A stretch of 64,000 nt of DNA, from assembly GCA_046340755.1 (NCBI GenBank), contig JBKDSY010000065.1, positions 3,633 through 67,632 on the forward strand. The letters are read 5' to 3'. A model generated the notes under the pieces. That model was not told the origin of the DNA and ran no database searches. It saw only the letters and a list, made by a program, of their open reading frames with translations. Position 1 is the stretch's first letter; the number at the start of each line of letters is the position of its first letter. Of this stretch, positions 1-8,231 are shown in pieces. Source of the DNA: Cyanobacteriota bacterium (lineage in GTDB: Bacteria; Cyanobacteriota; Cyanobacteriia; PCC-6307; Cyanobiaceae). The translations under genes and the position numbers were made by a program.

Positions 1-2232
1 TTGAGAGATGATCTACTTACAGAAGATCCAGAAAACGAAGTTTACATTACCGAATCTTCAACTACACTAGAAAAGATTGGGGACCTATTTTTCAAGAAAA
101 ACAAATATGAAGAAGCAAGTCTTAATTATGACCAGGCAATCAAGCAGCTTTATTCATACTTACGCATTTCAGAGAGCAGCGATTATCATCGCAGATTGGG
201 TTCTGTTTTGAGCAAAGTTGCGAATTTGCATTATTCAAGCAGAGATTTTCCAATGGCAATCAAGATTTACAGCAAGGCCATTGCAATGCTAAAAGCAGCT
301 CCAAAGGCTGGCATGACGGAGCCACAAGCAGACAAGGAGCTTACTTCACTTATGGAAGAATATGAGAGTGTCCTGCGCGAATATGGGAGATTGCAGCAAA
401 GCAAGGGAATAGCAGGTGCATCAAGGGTACCTATGCAGTATCGCGCTCAAGTAACAGGTCGTTGCCAGCGTCAGTATATTAAGAAGCCGCGCAATGCGCC
501 ACCAGGATGGCGCTCAGATCTACAACGCTGGATCGATGAGTGGGTGGAACGCGTGGATCGCTCCTCACCCTTCTCCAGCAGAAGGTTGCGAATCGTGGAG
601 GCCCAAATCGACTGGCGGCTCATCAGCAACAGCGGCGTCGATGAGGGGATCATCAGGCCCGTGATTGGTGCTGGGGGGTGGCCGATGATCCCCGGCAGCG
701 GCATCAAGGGTCTGTTTCGGCGTGCCTGTGACCCCCACCGTTTGGAGCGGTGGTGCGGCAGCTCCAGTGATTCCGCTGCCTCTACGGGTCTTCAGCCGGG
801 CATCCTGCGATTCCATGGGGCTTGGCCCGCCGATCCATCCTGGGCCCATGGTCTGCTGGATGTGGCCCATCCGCAACAGAACTGGCAGGTGGGTTTTACC
901 AATGGCGGCGAGAGCCATTCGGCGTTTGGAGTCGTCAGCCTGTTCCAACCCAAGTTGCAGATTGGCCTGAGCTGCAGCGATCCAGACCTAACCCCTGAGG
1001 AGTGGGATGAAGTCGTCAAGACCCTGAAACGAGCCCTGGGCGCCGGTCTTGGTGGTCGCACCTGCGTGGGTTATGGCAGCAGTGGCCGACTTCGAGGCGA
1101 TGTCCTGTTCCAATGCAGCCTGGAAGGCCAAGGCCCAGCCGCAAAACTACTGAATGACAGCGCTGAATTCCGACCCACCATGTTTCGGGCCGCCATCCGA
1201 GGGATGGCCCTGCGCCTCTTTGGTGGATTGACCGATTCAGAGGCAGCGCTGAGGATTGTTGGCAAGCTCTTTGGCTCGCTGGGCAAAGAGCAGAGTCAAA
1301 ATGTCGGCCTTCTCGCCACGGCCTACACCGATGCCGTCACCAATCTGGGCTCCTACGGCCGAGGCAGCTGGGAACAGCCGATCTACGCCACCTCGGGTGT
1401 GTTGCAGTGGCGGCTGACGCACTCACCAGGGCCAGACACCACAACGGCATTGCTCGCCGATCTGTTGGCCGCGCTACACGGATTGACGATGAGCCTGGCT
1501 GGCTTCGGCAAGGGCTGGAGACGACCAGACCATCGCATCTTCTACCACCATCGCTACGACAAAACACCCATTGGCTGCCACTGGCAATGGCGTGAGCCCC
1601 AAGACCTTCCCGCCTGGATCCATGTGCAATCCCCCCGCGATCTTGCCCGATTGCTGCAGCGGGCTCGACAACTGGCCAGCCAATGGCTGGAGCTGAATCA
1701 AGTCCGCCACGGGGAACCTGCCCCTTGGCGTGAGGTCATGCACCCCCAATGCATGCGCATCTGGATCCGCCAAGCCAGCGGTCCCGACGATGCCGTGGCT
1801 GTGGCCTGGTTCCACCATTCACCAGCCGAAGGGGAACACTCCAGCGACCCCACGGACCCTAGAGATCTCAAACGCACCCGCCTGGCCGGTCAAATGAATC
1901 AGGTCGGCTTGATCTGGAACAGGCTCCTGCCTCTGATGGAAAAGCGCCAGACGTCCAAAAGTGCTGCAGCCGCAAGGCCGGCCAGCCCCATGGCCCGACC
2001 AACCGCCGCAGCCCTCGCCCGTCCCGGGTCCCCTCGTCAACAGCAAGCCCAGCCCCCACGACCGCGCGGCGAGGTCTCCATCCCAGCCCATCAGGGGGCC
2101 TATCTGGAATCCTTGGTTCTGCATTCGCTACCTGGAAACGCCCGGCCAGAGGAAAGCCTGCATTACCAGCGATTCATCGACGAAATGAACCGTGGCGCCG
2201 GTGCGGATTTTGAGGCGCTGGACTGGTCGTGA
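1..2232 (+). CDS. cmr6: TPR-extended double-RAMP (Cas7-Cas7) protein, Cmr6+Cmr1-like, type III-B-like CRISPR effector subunit; probably 5'-truncated by the window
   Basis: aa 1-140: two TPR-like units (TLEKIGDLFFKKNKYEEASLNYDQAIKQL; VLSKVANLHYSSRDFPMAIKIYSKAIAML). RAMP1: VPMQYRAQ, PMIPGSGIKG, GILRFHGAWP, G-loop GLGGRTCVGYG. RAMP2: EFRPTMFRAAIRG, LFGS, GFGKGWRR. Open from base 1. Confidence 0.8.
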   Translation: MRDDLLTEDPENEVYITESSTTLEKIGDLFFKKNKYEEASLNYDQAIKQLYSYLRISESSDYHRRLGSVLSKVANLHYSSRDFPMAIKIYSKAIAMLKAAPKAGMTEPQADKELTSLMEEYESVLREYGRLQQSKGIAGASRVPMQYRAQVTGRCQRQYIKKPRNAPPGWRSDLQRWIDEWVERVDRSSPFSSRRLRIVEAQIDWRLISNSGVDEGIIRPVIGAGGWPMIPGSGIKGLFRRACDPHRLERWCGSSSDSAASTGLQPGILRFHGAWPADPSWAHGLLDVAHPQQNWQVGFTNGGESHSAFGVVSLFQPKLQIGLSCSDPDLTPEEWDEVVKTLKRALGAGLGGRTCVGYGSSGRLRGDVLFQCSLEGQGPAAKLLNDSAEFRPTMFRAAIRGMALRLFGGLTDSEAALRIVGKLFGSLGKEQSQNVGLLATAYTDAVTNLGSYGRGSWEQPIYATSGVLQWRLTHSPGPDTTTALLADLLAALHGLTMSLAGFGKGWRRPDHRIFYHHRYDKTPIGCHWQWREPQDLPAWIHVQSPRDLARLLQRARQLASQWLELNQVRHGEPAPWREVMHPQCMRIWIRQASGPDDAVAVAWFHHSPAEGEHSSDPTDPRDLKRTRLAGQMNQVGLIWNRLLPLMEKRQTSKSAAAARPASPMARPTAAALARPGSPRQQQAQPPRPRGEVSIPAHQGAYLESLVLHSLPGNARPEESLHYQRFIDEMNRGAGADFEALDWS

Positions 2233-3031
2233 CCATGGAACCGAGCCAGAGCAGCACCTCGCTCCAGGCCATCTTTGATGGTCTCCAGGCTCAGATGGAA
2301 GGGGCCCTCAAGGGGAACCGTCTTGCTGTCGGGCATCCCCCAGGCCGTGGCGAGGCAGCCGAGGAAGAGTGGATCAAGCTCTTGCAAGATCACTTGCCCC
2401 ACCGCTACCAGGCCGATCGCGCAGTTGTCATTGACGCCCATGGCGGCTGTAGTGATCAGATTGATGTCGTCATCTATGATCGCCAGTTTTCTCCTTTACT
2501 TTACAATAGAAGCCAGCAACGAATCATCCCTGCAGAAAGTGTCTATGCGGTGTTGGAGGTGAAGCAGAATCTCAACAAGGAGCACATTCAGTATGCCGCC
2601 GCAAAAGCCGCCTCCGTACGCAGGCTTCAACGCTCCAGAGGGCAGATTGGCATCTGAATGGCAAGGATGATTCACGCGAACTCAAGCCAATCCTGGCCGG
2701 CATACTCTGCTTTGAAAGCGATTGGTCACCACCATTTGGCCAGGCCTTCCGGAAAAGCCTCACAGGCCTCAGCGGCCTGCACCAGTTGAACATCGGCTGC
2801 TCTCTGCGTCACGGTTCCTTCGAGATCCCTTACCCAGCGGAGGCCACAGGATATCCATCTCTCCCTGACGATCCCATCATCCTGGAAGACAGCCGACCCC
2901 TCCTGCAGTTTCTGCTTCGGCTACTTAAACAACTTCAGCCCCTTGCCTCTGCCCCCGCGATCGATTATGAAGCCTATCTGGCATGCCTTGATCTAGAATC
3001 CTTAGATTTCAGCCCTGCTGATGACGCCTAA
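2229..3031 (+). pseudogene. nucC: NucC cyclic-oligoadenylate-activated endonuclease, split by a one-base frameshift near 2648
   Basis: Frame 1: HPPGRGEAAEEEWIKLLQDHLPHRY, SDQIDVVIYDRQFSP, IIPAESVYAVLEVKQ, ASVRRLQRS. Shifted frame: WHLNG, PILAGILCFESDWSPPFG, LNIGCSLRHG, FLLRLLKQLQ, APAIDYEAY. This is collinear with E. coli-type NucC as I recall it. The GTG start overlaps the upstream TGA (2229-2232). Confidence 0.9.
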
Positions 3032-3690
3032 CTCCCTAGAATATTGATCGCCCTGGCAGCCACAGCCGCCAGATTCACCAACGAAATAGCACTTTCCGCC
3101 ATCATCAGCAATTTGGCCCGTGCCGTGAGGGGCAGGGTGTCGGTGGGGCTGAAGGCCGTGGCGGTGGTGAAGGCCAGGAACAGGTAGTCGACAAAGGTGG
3201 GATGCCAACCCGGCACCATCTCCTGTGGCAGTCCCGCATGGGGGAAGAGCCAGTCGGGATGGGTGACGCGATGGTGCAAGCGGGCTTCCGGGCCCCCCAA
3301 ATCGATCTGCCAGTAGAGCAGGGAAAAGATGAGCACATTCCCCACCCAGAGCACAATGCTCGACGTCAACAGATACACGCCGTCGATGGCGCTCGAGTTG
3401 GAGACGATCGCCCGGATCAAGCCGGCCAAGCCCCCCAGGGTGGCGATGGTCATGATCACGCACAACAGCAACACCATGGCCCGTTCCACCCGCAGCCAAC
3501 GGCGCACGCCACCGGTGCAGCGCACCGCCACCATGGAGGCCATAACAGCCATCACGGGCAGATACAACGCCAAACCGGGCACCAGGCGGATGCGATCGGG
3601 CAGTGCCCTGGCCAACACCAGGGCCACGCCGATCGTCAGGGCCACGGGCCAGCGGGCTTCGATCGACCGGGTGGGAACGGGGGCCTGCAT
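3028..3690 (-). CDS. DUF1345-like membrane protein
   Basis: Hydrophobic helices plus WHPTFVDYLFLAFTTATAFSPTDTLPLTARAKLLMMAES. Start placed at ATG 3690 (MQAPVP); the upstream part of the 566-aa track ORF is the shadow of the opposite-strand gene. Confidence 0.75.
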   Translation of the reverse strand: MQAPVPTRSIEARWPVALTIGVALVLARALPDRIRLVPGLALYLPVMAVMASMVAVRCTGGVRRWLRVERAMVLLLCVIMTIATLGGLAGLIRAIVSNSSAIDGVYLLTSSIVLWVGNVLIFSLLYWQIDLGGPEARLHHRVTHPDWLFPHAGLPQEMVPGWHPTFVDYLFLAFTTATAFSPTDTLPLTARAKLLMMAESAISLVNLAAVAARAINILGS

Positions 3691-3915
3691 CAGCGCATCC
3701 AAGGGGCGGTCCACTGATTCAACAGGGCTGGGCCTGGCCGTGGCAGCCCGCCGAAGTCGCCCCACCCATGGGGCCCCGGCGGCCCAGAATGGGTTGGCAC
3801 GCACCATTCTCCCCTCCTGGACATCACCGGCCCGGATCAACAGGCCCTGCCGGAGGGCCATGGGCCCCTGCTGAGCGCCATCGCCGAAGGGGCGGCCGAG
3901 AGTGATCAACACGGC

Positions 3916-4929
3916 GTGGCCCGCGCCACCATCGATGCCCTCGCCGCCCGAGGGCTGGTGGGCACGCCGCTGGAGCCCGTCTCCCTGCAGCGGGAACTGG
4001 TGGAGCGACTTTTCATGGCCGACGGCTCCCTCGCCTTCTGCCTGCAGCAACATCAACTGCCCCTGCGGCGGCTGCGCGGGGCCACCGCCACGGCAGAGGC
4101 CCCGGCCGCCGACACCCTGCGGCAGCGCTGGCTGGCCCCCGTGGCCAGCGGTCAGGCCCTGGCGGCAGTGGCCTTTGCCCATCTCCGCCGTCCAGGCCCC
4201 CCGAACCCCTCGGCAACCCGGATCCCAGACGGTTGGCGTCTCGACGGACACCTCGATTGGATCACCTCCTGGGACATCGCCGATCTGGTGCTCCTCTGCG
4301 CCCGCTGCGTCGACGACAGCGGAGATTGGGTCGTGGGCTTGCTGCTGGGCGCCGGCGCCTCGGGGGAGCCCCCACCGGCCGGTCTGCGGCTGGGCGATCC
4401 CCTGCGCCTGCTGGCGATGGGCGGCACCCACACCCGTCCCGCCGAGCTGAGCGGTGTCGAGATCCCCGAGAGTCAGGTGCTCTTTGTGGAGGCGTTCAGC
4501 CGCTGGAGCCAGGCGGATGCGGTCCAGGTCTGCCGGGTCAGCCCGATGGTGTTTGGGTGCATCCGTGGAGCCATCGCTGATCTCGCTGACGTCGGCCGCC
4601 GCCAGGGAAATGGCGACGCCCTCACCCTGGCCGAAACCCTGGCCACCCGCTGTCGCCAGCTGCGCCGCAACGCCTACCAATGCATCGACGATCCCGCCTT
4701 CAACGCTCCAGAGGCGCAAGGGCGCCATCGCCTGCTCCGCGCCCAGGCCCTGGAGCTGGCCATGCGCAGCGCCCAGGCCGCGGTGGTCGCCCAGGCCGGA
4801 GCCGCGATGCGCCGCGGCTCCGGGGCGGAACGTCGCCTGCGGGAGGCGGGCTTTCTCCTGGTGCAGGCCCAGACGGCCGCCTCCCGCCAGGAATCGCTGC
4901 GGTTGTTGAACGGAATCCTGGAGACCTGA
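3916..4929 (+). CDS. Acyl-CoA dehydrogenase family protein
   Basis: SLAFCLQQH, LRQRWLAPVASGQALAAVAFAHL, GWRLDGHLDWITSW, ERRLREAGF; true start may lie slightly upstream. Confidence 0.8.
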   Translation: MARATIDALAARGLVGTPLEPVSLQRELVERLFMADGSLAFCLQQHQLPLRRLRGATATAEAPAADTLRQRWLAPVASGQALAAVAFAHLRRPGPPNPSATRIPDGWRLDGHLDWITSWDIADLVLLCARCVDDSGDWVVGLLLGAGASGEPPPAGLRLGDPLRLLAMGGTHTRPAELSGVEIPESQVLFVEAFSRWSQADAVQVCRVSPMVFGCIRGAIADLADVGRRQGNGDALTLAETLATRCRQLRRNAYQCIDDPAFNAPEAQGRHRLLRAQALELAMRSAQAAVVAQAGAAMRRGSGAERRLREAGFLLVQAQTAASRQESLRLLNGILET

Positions 4930-4973
4930 GCGGGGCGAGGGAAAAGGGACCCGCCCCGGTGGTGGCCTTCGCC

Positions 4974-5486
4974 TCAGTGCAAGCCCAGGGATTGGCGCAT
5001 GCCGCCGACGACTTTTTTCATGTCTTCGTCACTGATGTGGCCCGCCTCCAGGAGCTGTTGGGCCAGGGCGAGCTTGGCGCGATTCAGCTGCATTTGCAGC
5101 AATCCGGAGCAGGTGTTCTTGAAGCCGGTGCCGCCAAGCGGCACCAACAGCGCCAAGCCGCCACCCATCCCGAGCGACTTGTTGAGTGTCTCCGGAAACG
5201 TGAGGGCCGTCCCGGCCGCCTCCTCCCCTTCCCGCCAGCGGCCATAGACCACCAGGGACGGGGGAGAACGGTCGGTCACGGAACAGGTGCTGCCATCATC
5301 CAGATCAACCTGCAGCCTCGGTTGGGGGGCGTAGGTTGAATCATTGTTGACGCTGATTCCCTCCGCGGCCCTCACGGGATGAGCCAGAAGCGCGAGCAGG
5401 ATTCCGTGGCCAACAGCGCGGACCCACTGGTTGCCCCTCCTCCTTGCCCTTCCTTGCGTTCGACAGGGGGGATGTAGAGAGCACAT
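4974..5486 (-). CDS. Hypothetical secreted protein, third gene of the pilin-like/chaperone-like cluster (start uncertain)
   Basis: Signal-like GILLALLAHPVRA, two Cys (GSTCS, KNTCS), GGLALLVPLGG, helical tail. Confidence 0.5.
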   Translation of the reverse strand: MCSLHPPCRTQGRARRRGNQWVRAVGHGILLALLAHPVRAAEGISVNNDSTYAPQPRLQVDLDDGSTCSVTDRSPPSLVVYGRWREGEEAAGTALTFPETLNKSLGMGGGLALLVPLGGTGFKNTCSGLLQMQLNRAKLALAQQLLEAGHISDEDMKKVVGGMRQSLGLH

Positions 5487-5803
5487 AGGAAGAAAGGAGT
5501 CTTTTGGGTGACATTTGCCGTGAGCGTCAGCATCAGCTTCTTCATCTTGTTGGGGGCAAGCTTGAAGCTGGATGGAGAGAGCACAACCCCTTCCGTCAAC
5601 ACCTCACCGGCCTTGGTGGGATCACTGCTAGGTCCTTTCACCCGCACCGTGAGATTGACCGGTTCTGATCGGGAGTGGGAGACTTGCAGCTTGATCCGGG
5701 CCGTTTGGTTGCGGAGAGGAAACTCTTTCTTGTCGAGATAAACAGTCTGGGCAGAAACCTGCCCAGACCACAGAACTGCTAGCAGCAGAAAACAACACTT
5801 CAC
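5372..5803 (-). CDS. Secreted Ig-like protein resembling the N-domain of a PapD/fimbrial chaperone
   Basis: Signal peptide MKCCFLLLAVLWSGQVSA; IKLQVSHSRSEPVNLTVRV and VVLSPSSFKLAPNKMKKLML resemble chaperone strands; starts 3 nt after the pilin-like stop. Confidence 0.5.
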   Translation of the reverse strand: MKCCFLLLAVLWSGQVSAQTVYLDKKEFPLRNQTARIKLQVSHSRSEPVNLTVRVKGPSSDPTKAGEVLTEGVVLSPSSFKLAPNKMKKLMLTLTANVTQKTPFFLCALYIPPVERKEGQGGGATSGSALLATESCSRFWLIP

Positions 5804-5806
5804 GGA

Positions 5807-6268
5807 TCAGAGGGCCGTGCAGGTGGCGGTGGCAGCAACGGAGTAGTCACCCGCCGAGAGCAAAGCATCCGCGTTGTTCTGAAGGATCTCGGTGGTGATA
5901 GCCCCGGTCAGTTTATTGATGCCCAGTTTGGGATCACCCGTCACAGCTGCCGTTGTGGAGGTGCTGGACACCAGGTTGGCCAGGCTCACCGAAGGGGTGT
6001 AGGCAGCCGCACCCTGAGGCGCGGTTGGTGAGAGGAGGCTGAGGGTGACAGTGGTGTCACCATTGGCCACAAACTGGTAGGTGCCGGTGCCACTGAGTTT
6101 GTCTTTCTCTGCAGAGATCGACATGGCAATCGGACCGCCCGTGTTGGAAATGTCGCAGAAGCTGGGGGTGGAACCTGAGGCATTGATGTCGGCGGAGTTT
6201 CCCGCAATGCCTGCGACTGGCGCACAGACCAGGGAGAGGACTGTGGCGAATGCAAGTCGTTTTTTCAT
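5807..6268 (-). CDS. Secreted fimbrial-subunit-like protein
   Basis: 153 aa, signal peptide, N-terminal ADINASGSTPSFCDIS, Thr/Ser/Ala-rich beta core, C-terminal LSAGDYSVAATATC typical of chaperone-usher-type subunits. Confidence 0.5.
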   Translation of the reverse strand: MKKRLAFATVLSLVCAPVAGIAGNSADINASGSTPSFCDISNTGGPIAMSISAEKDKLSGTGTYQFVANGDTTVTLSLLSPTAPQGAAAYTPSVSLANLVSSTSTTAAVTGDPKLGINKLTGAITTEILQNNADALLSAGDYSVAATATCTAL

Positions 6269-6348
6269 GGGAAGGAAAGAAGGTGAACGCTGCCCTGCGA
6301 GGGCCTCCTCGTCATAGGCGGATGCAATCAACAGGGTCAAGGCGTGAT

Positions 6349-7787
6349 TGAAGTGCCCCCATCTTTTCAGACCAGTGCGATCGTTAATGGCAGTTGCCTC
6401 ACATACTCTCGCCAGGTCTCCCTCCAGACCCATGAGCAAACGTCGCAGTCATTCACCTGAGTTCAAAGCCCAGGTCGTGCTGGAAGCTCTGCGCGGCGAA
6501 GCCACCCTGGCCGCCGTCGCAGCCAACCACAGACTTCATCCAGTTCAAGTTTGTCAATGGAAGCAACAAGCCACCAAACAACTACCTGAAACTTTCCGAC
6601 AAGCAAAAGGTGAAGCCACCAGCAAGAATCACGAAGAACTCACCGTAAAGCTGGCCAGGCTTGAGCAGACCAACACCAATCTTGCAACGGAGATTGATTG
6701 GCTGAAAAAAAAATTCTGCAGCTACGATCAAGCGATTTTACGCTCTCTCCTGGAACCCGATCATCCTCTTATCTCGTTACGGCGGCAATGTGAGCTACTG
6801 GGAGTCACGCGATCAAGTTACTACTACCAACCAACAAGATTTACCCAGAAAAACAGAGGAATCGTCCATAGAATTGACGCTTTCTGCGCCGAGAACCCGG
6901 CCATCAGCAGTCGAAAGCTGCTCACGCAGCTGCAGGCCACAGGCATGTCCATTTGCGTGAATCATCTGCATCGCCTCCTGTGCCGCCTTGGTTTTGCCCC
7001 CTTTGAACGAAGATTGATCAAGATGTCTGCAGGCAGATTGGAAACAACTCCACCCCTTCCCTTCCGCATGGAATCCACTACCAACTACGGCGAGCAGTGG
7101 ATCTTGGACATCGCCTATTGGCCGTCCTCTAAGACCGATCTATTTGCAGCCCTATTGGTGGATGGCCACAGCAACTCGTGCCTGGCCTGGGGCCTTTCCG
7201 ACCACCCCTCCTCCGCCTTGACAACAGGAGTGTTGACTGTGGCTCTGGACAACCATCCAGCACCCTTCATCCTGCACAGCGAAACGTTCTTGACCTTCCT
7301 TAGCCCGCCTCTGCTGCGTCGACTGCGACAGGAGGGCATCTGTCTTGTGGGTCCCCTATGGCTCAACTCCCTGGAGGGAGCAGGGCGCAACACTCCATTG
7401 GCTCAGATCTGGATGGAGATCAAGCAACAGGCGCGTGTTCTACGCTCCAAGCATCCCCAGGCTCAAGAAGATTGGATTCTGCCAACAGCGATCATCCAGC
7501 GCACGACTCCCGGGGCAAAAAACTCAATTTGTGGTAAGGCTTTGTCCTGGTCGGGAGGGGATTTAGCTCTGGTGCCAGGAGCAAGCATTAACGATCCAGC
7601 GACAGGCCCTCAGCACAATTGCGGAGAGACAAGAAGATTCCCAACGTCGTCGACTTCTCCATCCACAGAGAAGTCGCATGGCTCGAAGATTTTGCGAATC
7701 ACCTGCCAAGGCACGGCGCAAATGCCCCCTGCAGCTGATCCTCAGATGAAATACATCACCTGGGACTGGGAGATGGCATTGCGCTGA
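6349..7787 (+). mobile_element. IS3-family-derived element: single fused OrfAB (ATG 6432 to 7787) with a degenerate DDE core
   Basis: OrfA HTH (RRSHSPEFKAQVVLEAL, LHPVQVCQWK); WLKKK over an A9 run (6705-6713); OrfB start LISLRRQCELLGVTRSSYYY; IRL-like TGAAGTGCCCCCATCTTTTCAGACCA at 6349-6374; no convincing right IR. Confidence 0.8.
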
Positions 7788-8170
7788 TCGAGCAAGTCTT
7801 GAAGCGTCGTCTCCTGAAGCAATTGCTGACGTGCCCTCAAAAGCTGCCCTTCCAGGTTGGCCAACACCTGAAATTCGGGGGACTGGCGCCCATTGCCGTT
7901 GCTGTCGGGTTCCCCTTCCAGGCAGGCCACGATCTCGGCCAGCTTCACCTGGGATGGGGATCGGGCCAGCTGGTAGCCGCCCTTGGGGCCCCGCAGGCTG
8001 CGGAGGATGTGGCTGCGGCGCAGGGTGGTGAGCATCTGCTCCAGATAGCGATCGGGAATCGACTGGCGCTGGGCAATTTCACCCACCTGCAACACCCCCC
8101 CCTGGCCATGGATCGCGGCCAACTCAATCAGCGACACCAGGGCGTACTGCGTCTTGGCGCTGAAGGTCAC
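7742..8170 (-). CDS. Rrf2-family transcriptional regulator (CymR-like)
   Basis: FSAKTQYAL, IPDRYLEQMLTTLRR, SLRGPKGGYQLAR; no Cys triad. Confidence 0.9.
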   Translation of the reverse strand: MTFSAKTQYALVSLIELAAIHGQGGVLQVGEIAQRQSIPDRYLEQMLTTLRRSHILRSLRGPKGGYQLARSPSQVKLAEIVACLEGEPDSNGNGRQSPEFQVLANLEGQLLRARQQLLQETTLQDLLDQRNAISQSQVMYFI

Positions 8171-8231
8171 GGCAATCCCCACCACACTGGTGGGGATTGT
8201 GCCAGTTGGCCGCCCTCGCTGGGGCCTCTCC

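Noticed and set aside
2229-3031. NucC as part of CBASS
   Set aside because: No CD-NTase is adjacent; the coupled gene is a RAMP. CBASS outside the window is not excluded.
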